From Tubiluchus corallicola (Eukaryota > Animalia > Priapulida), in the NCBI GenBank assembly GCA_030141605.1, contig JAQGDQ010000237.1, positions 62,001 to 126,000 of the forward strand: 64,000 nucleotides of DNA, read 5' to 3'. The translations under genes were made by a program, and so were the position numbers. Shown here piece after piece: positions 52,124 through 64,000 of this stretch. Positions within the stretch are counted from its first letter, which is position 1, and the number at the start of each line of letters is the position of its first letter. The notes beneath the pieces were generated by a model. It was not told the DNA's origin, ran no database searches, and was given only the letters and a program-made list of their open reading frames with translations.

Positions 52124-53265
52124 CTGAAAATCAAGATGCACATAGACTGAAACACTCTGGTTCTAAGCACAAAATGGCAGCTGAAGCACAAAAACGCCAA
52201 TGTGGACAGATGTGAAAAATGATATTAATAGTAGGCTATTGTAAATCAAGCCGGGAGAGTAATAAGCCTCTTCACAGCTTCGTTGCATGCACGCGCACTT
52301 AAGGTATTTCAAAGGTAAAGTGTAGCACAGCAACGCATCTTAACTATACAAGCATCACATGACATGTGAGTGAAGCAAAGCTGTCTGTCACTTCAGCCAA
52401 TTCACTTGTTAGTTGTTTTACATGGAGTTTACTTAATTATGCTTTAGTCTGTGCATAGATGATTTATTAGCAGGATCTTGCTTGGAAGAAAGAAAAAATG
52501 AACTAGGTAGTGTTCTAGCTAGCTGTTAAAACTATTACTATTACAACAGTATGGGCTCTGAGTCAAGTGTACACAAATTTGATATCTGGTACACTTAACC
52601 TTTGACGTTTTCACGATCATCATCAATCACTGCAACTGTGAAAAGGCTCATTACGGAGAAGCTGCCAAATGTGGATGCTGTCAACAAGTCTTCTCTGCAC
52701 TGGAAAAATGAGGCCAGTGGCACATACATGAACCGATACCCAAATTCAGTCCACGCTAAGTCATTAATGTTTACAAGTTGAATTTAAATAGACACATACA
52801 GATTGTATTTTTGTATAATGTATATACAATGTATTTTGTATAATTTGTATTTTTGTATAATTTTTATAAAGTAATAATATCACTTTAACATATCAAATGG
52901 AAGGTTTTTAATCTGCTCTGTATAATGCGAATGTGGCAGTATGCACATTGTTTTATTTTAGTAAGCTATGTACGTGTTATCAAATTTACTAGCTTAAATG
53001 CTAGCGTGCAATTCTTTGTATGACATATAAAGTCTTACTTACTTTTCTTTTAAAATTCAAGATTACAAATTTTTGAAATTTCTCATTAAAGACATTACAA
53101 GCAAACTAAAGAACTTCAGGTACCATATCTCCACGTCATAAAGGTTATTTCCTTGACAAGCAAATAGGCTTACAATGTACACAGTGTCTGCGGTACATGC
53201 CAAACCTACAGTATGTTTCTGTCAGCTAGGGTAATGGTCCCAAACTACGTAAACGTTAAAAATAC

Positions 53266-53437
53266 CTTTATTAAGCTGGGGCTTTTTCTGATCCGTATCT
53301 GCAGGTGATTTCTCGTGTGGGATGATGCGTTCTTCATCGATGTCTTCAGTCATCATTAAAACAGAGTCTTCACGATTCGTCTCTAATGCTTTCTGCATGG
53401 TTTCCAGTCTGGCTAACGTACGCCTCACTGCTGCACT
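53266..53437 (-). CDS. HELZ: HELZ exon 4
   Basis: SAAVRRTLARLETMQKALE...PQLNK; TAG acceptor, GTATT donor, phases fit. Confidence 0.8.
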
Positions 53438-53459
53438 CTAGATTCAAGTAAAACAACTA

Positions 53460-53803
53460 CAGTCAACCCTTGTTAAACCGGACTAATAGGGGGGATGGGT
53501 GGTCCGCATTAGCCGACTGTCCGATTTATCCGATATGCCTATATACGGTCTATATTATACAGGAATAATCACCTTAATAAGGCCTATATACATTGTACTA
53601 TATACTGTGCACTATATACTATACTGTATATTACTTTAAAATAGTTAACCTCTGAGGATAAAGAAATTATTGTACAGTTGGTAGGCCGTGTTGTGTTTAG
53701 CGCTCCGGCTCGGACGGAAATCGGTCAGTTTCCTTTACCACGGATGACGTCCGTCTTATCCGATATCCGGGCTAACGGGGTCCGGTTTAACGAGAGTCGA
53801 CTG
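53460..53803. mobile_element. Tigger-like MITE
   Basis: TA|CAGTCAACCCTTGTTAAACCGGAC...GTCCGGTTTAACGAGAGTCGACTG|TA. Confidence 0.8.
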
Positions 53804-54302
53804 TATTACAAACCACTCACTATTTGAGTTGTACTCTTTGTGTTTTATTGGAATTTTTTTAACTGAAATAATGCCTAATAACTGAAACAGAGTTGGTTCT
53901 GTGAACATTACATTACATTCTGTGAAAAAATTATTGAGCAAAGAAAAAGTTTCATGCATTTAATAATGCTTTTACAAACAACAGAGTTTTTATGGTTGAC
54001 TTTTCACTTTTGCTAGAAAAACAATCACCATTTAATTCACGATAAATCTGCCATCTGAGTGGCTGTGCAATATTGACTTGGAAATGCAACGTTGACTAAT
54101 TTAGACTACAATAAGTCGTTGTTTCACAATGTTCTGTTTATTGGCAACTAGTTTTAAATACTAACAAATATATGACCTTACTTGAAGCATCAAGTCGCCG
54201 TTAATAGCTAAGGGAATACTTAAACAGGTGCTATAGTAAAGCCCCATATGAGATAAGCATAGGTTAATGTTAGGAAATGTGATTTTTTGATCAAGATGTT
54301 AC

Positions 54303-54427
54303 CTCCGGCTCAAGACGCTTCCATTCTAGAGATACTCTCTGTGCCTCTCCCAGCTTTCCTAAGCCGCACAGTGCTGTTATCTGCCTGCTTAGAGCTCTTA
54401 CGTGTTTGCCCCGAAATATGCGAAGTA
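54303..54427 (-). CDS. HELZ: HELZ exon 3 (TPR-like)
   Basis: LRIFRGKHVRALSRQITALCGLGKLGEAQRVSLEWKRLEPE; polyT-CAG acceptor, GTAAC donor. Confidence 0.85.
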
Positions 54428-54643
54428 CTGAAAAAAAAACAGAGAACAACGCAACATTACTAGCTATAGTTAACAAGTACTTTTGTTGAAACAAAACTTA
54501 CGACACAATATATGCACATGCATAACTTAGTAGTTGTTTAGAAGGACACCACACCAAAAACCAAGAAACCACACCAATTATTAACTTTTAAATGTAAAAA
54601 ATGTTTGAAAGTGTTAAATTAGTTGAACACAAAGCTCACTCAC

Positions 54644-54680
54644 TTTCTTTGCAGTCACCCAAAACATCTTCATATCTTTT
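54644..54680 (-). CDS. HELZ: HELZ exon 2 (37-nt microexon)
   Basis: ttacag|KRYEDVLGDCKE+A|gtgagt. Needed to join phase-0 exon 1 to phase-1 exon 3; continues the TPR pattern. Confidence 0.8.
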
Positions 54681-54774
54681 CTGTAACAAATAAAATACAT
54701 TTGAATGTTCAGATCTATACTAAATGTTGCAGAAACAAGGCATAAAGTGAAACATAATTTCCCACTTGCTTTAA

Positions 54775-55441
54775 AGGAAAGATCAAGCCTTCTGGGAAGT
54801 TAGGCTGACTTCAATATTTTTTTTGTCAAGCTTCTTCAAAAATATGAGTTTTTACAAAAAAATTAGATAGCTGATTTTGCAATATTTTTGTGTGAACATT
54901 AGGTAAACTGTACAAGTTTGAATTGGTTTAAGCAGCGCACGCAATGCGCTTACGAAAAATCACTAAGTTTCCCACTTACGTCGTGATTCTCAAGTGAATG
55001 GCGGCAACTACCACACCTGAAACTTTCTATTCGCAGGCAGTAAATTTTAAATTTATACTTTATAAGCAGTTCTTTGCAAATTTTAATTTAGCAAGAAACG
55101 TTATTTTTGTCCGAAAGTATAATACGTTTTTACAAAAAAAAATTGATAGCTAATTTTGTTATGTTTGGTGTGAACATTAGGCAAGCTGCAGAAGTTTGAA
55201 ATAGTTTACGGAAAGCCACGACGCACTTACGAAAAGTCACGAACTCTCAAAGTTACGTGACGATTTTCAAGTGAATGGCGGCAACCACCACGCCTGAAAA
55301 TTTATATTCAGAGGTAGTATATTTTAAAATTAAGCATTATAAGCATGTGTGAATTATTTGCAAATTTCTTTTTTATATTTTTCTAAGTTTAAGTGATAAC
55401 AGTAAAATAAACCCGACATACTGAGTGACTTGTTCTTTCCT
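54775..55441. mobile_element. Kolobok-like MITE with an internal ~280-bp direct duplication
   Basis: TTAA|AGGAAAGATCAAG...CTTGTTCTTTCCT|TTAA; CAAGTGAATGGCGGCAAC occurs twice inside. Confidence 0.7.
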
Positions 55442-57586
55442 TTAAAGCAGTTAACATCAATGACTGAGCAACTCGTACATTAATAAGCTAAATCTGAAAA
55501 CAATAGGCTGTACACAACAAACTTCCATATGTCAAAAACGTATTTCTACATACTTTCTAGCTATTAGTCTAAGAAACAGTCAAACATACGTGTACTAACA
55601 AAATAATAATTTTTAATACTACTGAGTTCAATATTAGCAAATCTGCATTAAACATACAGTATTTCATGCAATACCAATTGCTTTTGTTGTACTAATAAAA
55701 ATCTATAAACTAGCTAACTCAGTTGTTAATGCCCATACGTCACAATACCAGCTTAATATTACAAGTTATTAATATTGTATTCAAACAGTGTTCACTCACA
55801 GCAAGAAAATCTAGTGCTAGGCTTTCTCAGAATATCAATGTAACAGTAATAGTAGATGTAACACAGCCACAGACGTACTGTACAAACATCAAGCGAATGT
55901 AAAATCAATGCAGTAAGGTGAACTGCAAAATAATCATTTATGACTATTCAAAGGCATCCAAATGAAAACCGAATTTTGTAATCCTTGCTACATTTCCGTC
56001 AACCATTTTTGCTGTAATAGTCTATCACCGTCTAGATGTTTTGTGATCAGTGAATACTGAATAGCACCATACTGTATGAGTAAATATGCTCTCTGACAAA
56101 TATACAGACCATTCAGCTCTTAGAATGTTCCAGTGCAAACCTAACAATTTCTCGTGGTCTCATGGGACACGTTTGGTATCCCACAATAAACAAAATCGAA
56201 AGGAAATATTGATTTCATCAAAAAGAAATTTGAAATTGCGATTTTTTTTCTGTAAACCACTTTAAGGTTTCATCCTACATACAAGCATTAATGGCAGTTT
56301 TTAATAATCTCATTTTGTAACAAAAGTAATTCAATATGTGAATTAAATTTTTTCTATAAAATTTCTGTTTGGCCGACTTTCGTTAGAACTATGGTATGTG
56401 GAGTACATGACTAGTTTCATTATAAAACAAACAGGTATTTAAACTGAATGTCAAGAAACATTAATGATGTAAAGTCTCCATGTTTTTTAAGAAGCTCAAT
56501 CTTTTTTAATTTATTCTAAAAATCTCAAGAATTGCCGTCACTTGCGGCTGAGAGATCTAGACACAAGAAAATCAAGTGTTAATCTGCAGCAAAACAGGTA
56601 CACAAAGTACTACTGTAAGTTTCTAAGCTTTTGCAATTGTCAGTGAGAAAAAAATAGAAAATCATTAATTAAAATGCATAATTTCTAGGCACCGACGAAC
56701 AATTCTGTACAAAAACCTAAAAACTTAAAGCTCTACTTCTTCAGAAAGACATAAAAAGAGACAGCTTGTTATTTGTTGAGTCAAAAATTATAGGATCTGT
56801 GCGTTAAAACGGGAAAAAGAAGAAACAGTTGTTAAAAACCTGTAGTGAAGGTATAGAGTATTCTCAAATGTGGATGGAGACAGACCCGAAAACCTGTACA
56901 GACAGAAGCAGTGGTGCATCAGGTCTGTGCCAGGAAACCGGGACTTAATTTTTTTTATTTATTATGTAGTTCTTGTAAAATGATCATCTCTGGCAGTAGT
57001 CTATCACCGGCACTTTTTTCAGTCATTGAAAGATATAATTTTTAAAGAATAATTATCACAGCTTGTACTACTGCTTTGTTAAAACTTAATTTTGTACCAA
57101 TCATCTAACCAGAAAGCTCTTTTTTGATAGTTGTTACAAATCACACAATTCAGACAGCTTGTGCATCAGTAAACCAGAATTCTCGCCCATTTCAAGTGCA
57201 AATTGCAGTTAAACACAGTACTGCATTTAAAATGGAAGTGAATGTTACTAGGAAGGCCCAGTTATGTGTAAGCAGTGACATATGCAATAACAGCAGGCTA
57301 TTTCATCATACAACCATGGATGATGCAATACATAGCAAGGTTAACAAAGTCCGGTACTCAGACAGGGTGATCTTAAGCTCTCACCTGAGGTGATATAAAA
57401 TTTAAACTTTCAATTTACTCTTGACTATCCCGTTGTTACAGACAAAACATCTACTGCTATTTAAATTCAATGTTGATTAACAAGTAAACTGCAAAAGTGA
57501 CTAGCAAACTGCAATGCAAATAAGAGCAAATTCACTCAGGTATCTTGCATCTTGCTGCTCATAGTTACTGCAAAACGGATATCTAA

Positions 57587-58124
57587 AGGAAAACCGGACG
57601 ACTGATTAGACTTGATCTCATTTTAATTATGCCAATATACATTTTGCTGCTTATAAAAGTTAGCAATTGTTTCTAATATTTGAATAACTACCTTGTTAAT
57701 TAACGGCAACCGAACACAGCTTTCGCTTATATCACAAACTAACCACAGTTTGTGCAATGGTAGGCATCTTTCCTGCGTGTCAAGCACGCTCGTGTTACCG
57801 AAGATTGTTATAAGACGCTAATGTTACGTCATGAAAATGAGCTCTACCGCGCAATGACGTCACAGATGAACACTGCAATTCATGATTGTGCTTACTATGG
57901 TACCGTGCTTATTTGTCGGCCACGCGAATGCGACAAAAAGGGGCCATTACCAACCTTAATGGATATGCTGAGCCTCGTGTAGCTTTGAAAATTTAAAAAA
58001 TTTAACTATCCAAGGTAAATACTATTTAATGTAAGATTTGATTTAAAAAAAATTATTGCAGTTCTCAATGCTTTAGAACATACTTTATTTTGAACTAATG
58101 TCTACAAAGTCGTCCAGTTTTCCT
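57587..58124. mobile_element. Kolobok-like MITE, family D copy 2
   Basis: AGGAAAACCGGACGA...TCGTCCAGTTTTCCT; colinear with 36550-37097. Confidence 0.75.
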
Positions 58125-58274
58125 TGAAGGAGACGTTTGCATGGATGAGAGGCCCCCCTTCCTCAGTAAAAATATAAGAAAGGAAATTCTTGTGAAACTG
58201 TTGGACTACTTCAACAGGTTACAATGAAGATAAGACTTCATACTGCAATACATTGAACACAATGAATATCCTAC

Positions 58275-58433
58275 CAATTTCAAGGCGCAACTGGACCTAG
58301 CAAGCAGCAGACGTGAACGTGTCTCTCCTCCTTGCGCGGTCCGTAGACACTGAGTGTAGGTTTTCCACGCATTCTGATAATCTTGCTTTTGCACCTGCTC
58401 CAATGCCTTCTCTTCTAGTGTGGCAGTTGCCAT
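58275..58433 (-). CDS. HELZ: HELZ coding exon 1 (start codon, TPR-like N-terminus)
   Basis: MATATLEEKALEQVQKQDYQNAW...ARSSCALKL; CAG acceptor at 58460-58458 upstream of the ATG; GTAGG donor, phase 0. Confidence 0.8.
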
Positions 58434-58506
58434 TGCATTTTTACCATCCTGACTCTCCTGACAATAAGAAACAAAGCATTTAGAATGTAGAAAAACACCA
58501 CCCCCC

Positions 58507-58749
58507 TCACATAACCTAGCTATTGAGACTGGAAGATGGGCAAGGATAAAAAGAGAGGACAGGCTATGCTCCTGTTCTGGCTTAAACATTCAAACAGAAG
58601 AGCATGTTATCTGTTTTTGTCCACTTACGAATCACCTTCGTGAAGATAACACTGAACTGAGCTTCAACGATTTGCATGAATTTTTCAATGGAAACCCAAT
58701 GTCATATTGTGAATTTGTAAATAACTCTTTAGCTGTTTTTGGACAGTAA
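58507..58749 (+). mobile_element. LINE ORF2 C-terminal zinc-knuckle fragment (RTE-X-like)
   Basis: SHNLAIETGRWARIKREDRLCSC...EEHVICFCP, typical of non-LTR retrotransposon C-termini. Confidence 0.75.
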
Positions 58750-61539
58750 TGTCATGTTAGGCGATAATAAGTGTTATGAGAATTTGTAAATAATTCTTCA
58801 GTTATTTTTTGACAGAAATGATCATGTTATATGATCAAAGTCCTTTGTAGGATCTATACTGAACTAAAGTATCAGTTCGACTATCTCTTAATCAGTCAAT
58901 AACAAAAAAAAAATACATAAAAATGAAAGAAACAGTTTTTAAAATGTGATAATTTTGTACCATAATCAACTGAATTTATGCTTGTCACAGTGCTAAATGC
59001 TCATTAAAATGCTGCAGGTCAACAAAAGCAAGATTTATGATTTATGTTCATTGCTCATGCAGAATACAGTCGTTTTCTTTCAATTTTGCTGTTTTTCCTG
59101 CTGGTAAATTTGTATACATATATTAGGTGTTCTACATTTGGCAAAACACACAACTTAATCATTTAGCGGTAGCAAAAGTCCCTCTATAGCGAAAAGTGTG
59201 TTTAAATCACAAATGCAAATTCAAAATTGACAATGAACATTAAAAGAATGAGGACCACACACATAATTATAGGCTTTGTCATACGTCAAGAAAAACTTAA
59301 CATTAAAATTACAATTGATGGAAAACTAAATGTTTCGTAGAACATAATTTCAATCATTATTACTGGGGAGTTTCTAACTAACGCTCGACTTAAGTTCAAC
59401 TTGGACTCTAAAATTCGGTTCAAGTCTTTGTTGCACTTCTGAAATATTAGAATGAATCAAGGTAAAATTATGTATTAGATATATACTAGAATGAGATATT
59501 AGAATATATCTGCTGTTATTAATTAAATACCCATAAGACTTCACTAGCTTTTTTAACTTACTAAAGATGAGTATTGAACTGAATGTTTTTACTTTTACAG
59601 AAATATTTGTTACGTATAATAATACTTTCACAAAAGAAATAGGAATTTTATTTTTTCACCTAGTGTGAAGTAATATAACTATAATGGGTCAAAACAAGGT
59701 GGAAATATGACAGTACAAGTAGTTTGCAGTTACTATGTATAGGTAAAAGAGTGGTGAACAAATGGAAGTCACTCACAATGTTTACATCACAACTTAATAG
59801 AAAAAAGACAGGGACATGCAGCATCTGTATAGCATTACGTTTTAAGTAAGACGTAACCATAAATTATAAGCTGTACAAAAACCCGGTTAACATAGTAAAA
59901 TACGTTGTCCTAATTCAAACGAAGTAATATCTGTAATATAAATTAAATAAGCAAATTATGTAACTGATTTATACGAATTCTAAATGTACGATCATTTCTT
60001 GTTACCTACACACGTGACTTTGTATTACTGTATTCTAGGTTACAATGCAACTGGTCCCGAAAATTCCAGAAAGTAATAGCATGTAGACCTAAATACTTAG
60101 AATGTAACCCCGGGTAGACTGCAAATCCAGTGAAATAAATGTTGGTTTGAGAGTCCAAGCAAGCTTAATATCAACTACAAAAACAACAATAGTAAACTGA
60201 ATTATTATTACAATTACTGTTTTCCGACTTGACCTGTAAAATGAACTGATTTACCTGTCTGATGTAAGTTTCTCTCTGAATGTGGTTAATATAAAAAAGC
60301 GTAAAACACACGACGAAGACGATCAGATCAGCTAACCTATCACGCAATAAAGTTATGTTGCTACAAAATACTAGGCGCAGCAGCTTAACAATTTATTTCA
60401 CGCTGAATTTCATGCTAAGCACTACATATAGTACGATCCGCGACGTGACCTCGAACCCCATGCATTCACAGTATTTTTGTATCACACGTTATGTGCTTTG
60501 CGCAATCATACGCATATAAATTTCTCATTAAATGTATAAAAAATATGCAGTTACGTGGCATCTATCCACACTTCAAAGATACTATCCAGTCTACACTTTT
60601 TGGCTAAGCTAAAAATGGCTGTTAATACTCACCGTTAATTACAGTTTTCTGAAAAATAAGTTAATTATATCTTCTTTATAACCTTACACACAACATACAA
60701 AAAACGTTAGCATGCATTTTATCACCAGTAGATCGCTCAAAACATACAATCCTTTTCTATCTTGTCTCGTCACATCTCAAGTCATAGCACCTCATCTCAC
60801 CTAAAGTGAGGTATCATCTTTTATGGTTTCAGGTAGATTCATTAAAAAGTTCGACGCCTGTAGCTCATGGATTTAATCACTGAATATTGAAATTTATTAT
60901 AGTCCGAATTTAAATTTGGTATCAAATAATAGTTGTTAGTTCACAATGGAAAGATGTTGATATTTGATTGAAAATTCCACTGAAATTTTATAATGTTCCC
61001 AATTGATGTACATGACATTTGGGCACGGGAGACTTAGGCCCGAGAAATCAGGGCATGGGGACATTTGGGCACGTCAATACCTGAGCACGAGATATTTGGG
61101 CACCAGTGAATTTAACTATATATATTGTATATACCTATTTTTTGTTTCTTGAATTTCTAATGACTAATTAATTTTAAAATCCACTACATTAATTGCGCTT
61201 AATCATACGTAATAATGCGTCAATACAGTATAATACATAGTATTACTGTGATGATAATTAAAACCATTTACCTGACTTTAAACTTTATGCTTGTCTGATT
61301 TAATTCAGTTTTACGTGTAGCTTTTAAAATGAACGAACCAGAAGACACAGCAAGCTTATATTGGCATTAATTTTTATTAAAATATACCAAGATTTTATTT
61401 TAGAAGTATCTAGTACACAAAAACAGTAAACGGCAGTTTTTAATGTGTCTCACAAAAAATAAGAACAACAATACCTGTAACACATATGTGTGAGAACATA
61501 TATGTAATATGTATATGTATAATAATTTCTCAAATAATA

Positions 61540-62282
61540 ATCCTCTAAAATTGAATGTGAAACATGATAATACATGTTATAAATATTATTATATATGTTA
61601 TGTTCGTACTAATGTAGCCAATCATTTTGTTAAATTTTATGGATCTCTGATTTGGAATTATCTACCTGACAACATTAAAAATCAACATACTGTTTTCAAG
61701 TTTAAATTTTTTTTAAAAGATTCTGTGTTAGAGCACAACTCTAATATATTCCACGTGTAATTATTTTTCAAACCCATCCTTTAAAAGTAATTAATCTAAA
61801 TAAGTGTAGAAGATGAAGAAGGCGAAGAAAAATAAAGAAAAAGAAGTAAGAAGAAGTAAATTAATTTGGTTCTGTTAGGTGTGCCCGATTGCCTCCTCTG
61901 TTGTACATTGCCCAGTTTGTTGATATGGCTCATTAATGTAAATTCCAATGCTTATTCTAATGTAAATCTAATCCTTACATTCTTTTATTCTCTACCGTTT
62001 CACGATCTTTGTCACTACATTTTCACATTCATGACCTTTCATGATTTTATTCTTTTATTTTCACCTCCTGCACCCTGCTATTTCATATCGCCTATTCAAT
62101 CTCAGATCATACAAGTGTTACTTTTGATGTGAGCTGATCATTTGTCTTGCTCATTGTAAATTGTACGGCTATATCTAATTTAAGGTCATTTCTGGTGTCT
62201 TTATATTGCACATTTTGTATAACATATTGTCATTTTTGCGTAAACTGGCTCTGGAATAAATAAACTAAATTAAACTAATAAA
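61540..62282 (+). mobile_element. CR1/L2-group LINE 3' fragment
   Basis: YVRTNVANHFVKFYGSLIWNYLPDNIK...FKFFLK followed by a T-rich UTR ending AATAAATAAACTAAA. Confidence 0.6.
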
Positions 62283-63872
62283 CGTGTTATCATTACTAAA
62301 ATAGTTTTGCTCAATTAAGGTACTAACTGTTTTGCTCATTCTGTTTCTAACCTTAGTTTTCTCACATTCGTGACTTTGAAATCCATTTTTTGTTCACTTC
62401 TGATTTTCATTTTCTTTATCATAAAATTATAATTTGCTTTTTTCTTTTTCCGTTTTTTCTTCAACTAATAATTTATAGGTACACTGCACTTGTTCAGTCA
62501 CCTAAATAGTTTCACTGGTCTGTCCTTTGAATTATTCTGTTTCTTAAAATTAGCTTCTGTTTCTTCGTTTTCTTTTTACTTGGCATATTTAGTTCTCATA
62601 TGCATGTAATTTTATTTAGTTTTCTTCAAGCTGAATCATACTTCTCCATACTTTCTAACACCTTACATTTTCTGCTGCCTTCGATATTGCTTGTTAGAGT
62701 CTAACTACTGCAATCACATTATTTAAATAATTATGGCATTGTTCCTATATTCAAAATTGAGTTTATTATAATACCCGTACTAGAATAATTTTCATTATTT
62801 ATTTTCATTGTTTATTGTAACTAGACATAGTTTTGGTGAAATTGACATTCCTTGTCTCACCGACCCTTCATTGTTTTGGTGTCGTCTGTTATTCCTATTT
62901 GGAATTTAGCATTTCAGTTATTACATTAACTTCTTTGTTGATATCACTGTACAGGTTATACACAATTCTAACAATGAGTGCCATCAGATGATGCTATGCA
63001 ATTGCACCCATTTTACACATACCATTTACTGAATCATGTATAACCATTGTTTATCAAAATATTTTTGTACATCTTGATAATAGGGAACATTCAACACTTT
63101 ACTAGTCAATGATTGCCCCTAATGTCAGCAAGTTATGGCATATTTCTACGTTTTTCTTTCATGAAATACATGATATCTATGCACACAAAAATCCAATGCA
63201 ATACATGGCTTTCATAATTCCTGCTTATTATAATTCTTTCAAAGGATTTCGCAATGGCACTTGATAAAAAGCTTCTCTTCTACTTTCCATATTTTTTTTT
63301 CATTGATGTACCTTTATATATTAATGTGATTTTCACTTTTCCCAAGCATTTATTATTTCTGTAGCCATTTGTATTCTTTTAAAAGTGCAAGTTAGGCTAC
63401 TTATTAGACCTTGTCCTGCCATTATCAGCATTCCCTTGCTTCATCCTTGTCAGTCTCCTGCCTTTTACTTTTTAATTTTGTATCTTTTAACTTCTTATTA
63501 ATTATTGATTATCATAAAAGATAACTTTATTTCCTACACAGTTTGTAATTGTCGCATAAACACATTAATCTTTCCTTCAACTTTTTTGCCATTTGGTGTT
63601 CTGCACTCCTTGGCTTGAACAATTATTAATAGCGTTAATTTTGTAATTATATTTCACAAAGTCAACTGGCGCTACGAATATATAGTATTGCATCCGTCTG
63701 GAGCACTTTATGAAGATAATATGCAGTGGCGCGCCTTGTTTCGAAGATGTTATTCGTTGTTACTGAAAACGGTAAAATAATAAAGGGTACGAAAAATTTT
63801 AAAAGCCACCAGTTTGGCTTACCATTGAAAGTAATTTTGTAGGCAATTCGTAAACTAACACTGGAATCGCTA

Positions 63873-64000
63873 ATGGATGGAATTGCTATCGAGATAGGTA
63901 GGAATGTGGATATACAGCGTACTGATGGAAGAATTCATTCTGCTGTGATTAGTGGCATCAACTATGATGCACCGAGCGTAACCGTTGAGTGGTATGAACG
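63873..64000 (+). CDS. KIF2A: Kinesin-13 (KIF2A/KIF2C-like) N-terminal domain, truncated by window end
   Basis: MDGIAIEIGRNVDIQRTDGRIHSAVISGINYDAPSVTVEWYE matches the kinesin-13 N-terminus (IGxxVxIxRxDGRIHxA...SVTVEWxE); AG acceptor at 63841-63842. Paralog name is tentative. Confidence 0.88.
   Translation, partial: MDGIAIEIGRNVDIQRTDGRIHSAVISGINYDAPSVTVEWYE

Overview
AT-rich, intron-rich metazoan (probably invertebrate) genomic DNA, not prokaryotic. Most of the window is one minus-strand gene, HELZ (UPF1-like SF1 RNA helicase with zinc finger). I reconstructed it by hand as 28 coding exons (ATG 58433 to stop 18559, 5982 nt, about 1993 aa), and every GT-AG junction is phase-compatible. The protein has TPR-like repeats, C2H2 and CCCH fingers, the helicase core, a PAM2 motif and a low-complexity tail with a 12-aa coding repeat. 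A kinesin-13 (KIF2-like) gene begins divergently at the right edge. Introns and flanks contain many MITEs (hAT, Tc1/mariner-Tigger, TTAA-type), LINE remnants and minisatellites. Most notable: (1) a short RTE-derived retroelement whose 5' end is a twister ribozyme starting at the predicted scissile site; (2) three HELZ introns with tandem repeats that multiply the 5' splice site; (3) a deleted hAT element with an apparent 5-bp TSD; (4) a 12x61-bp array made from a LINE 3' terminus. All coordinates were read by eye; no searches were run.
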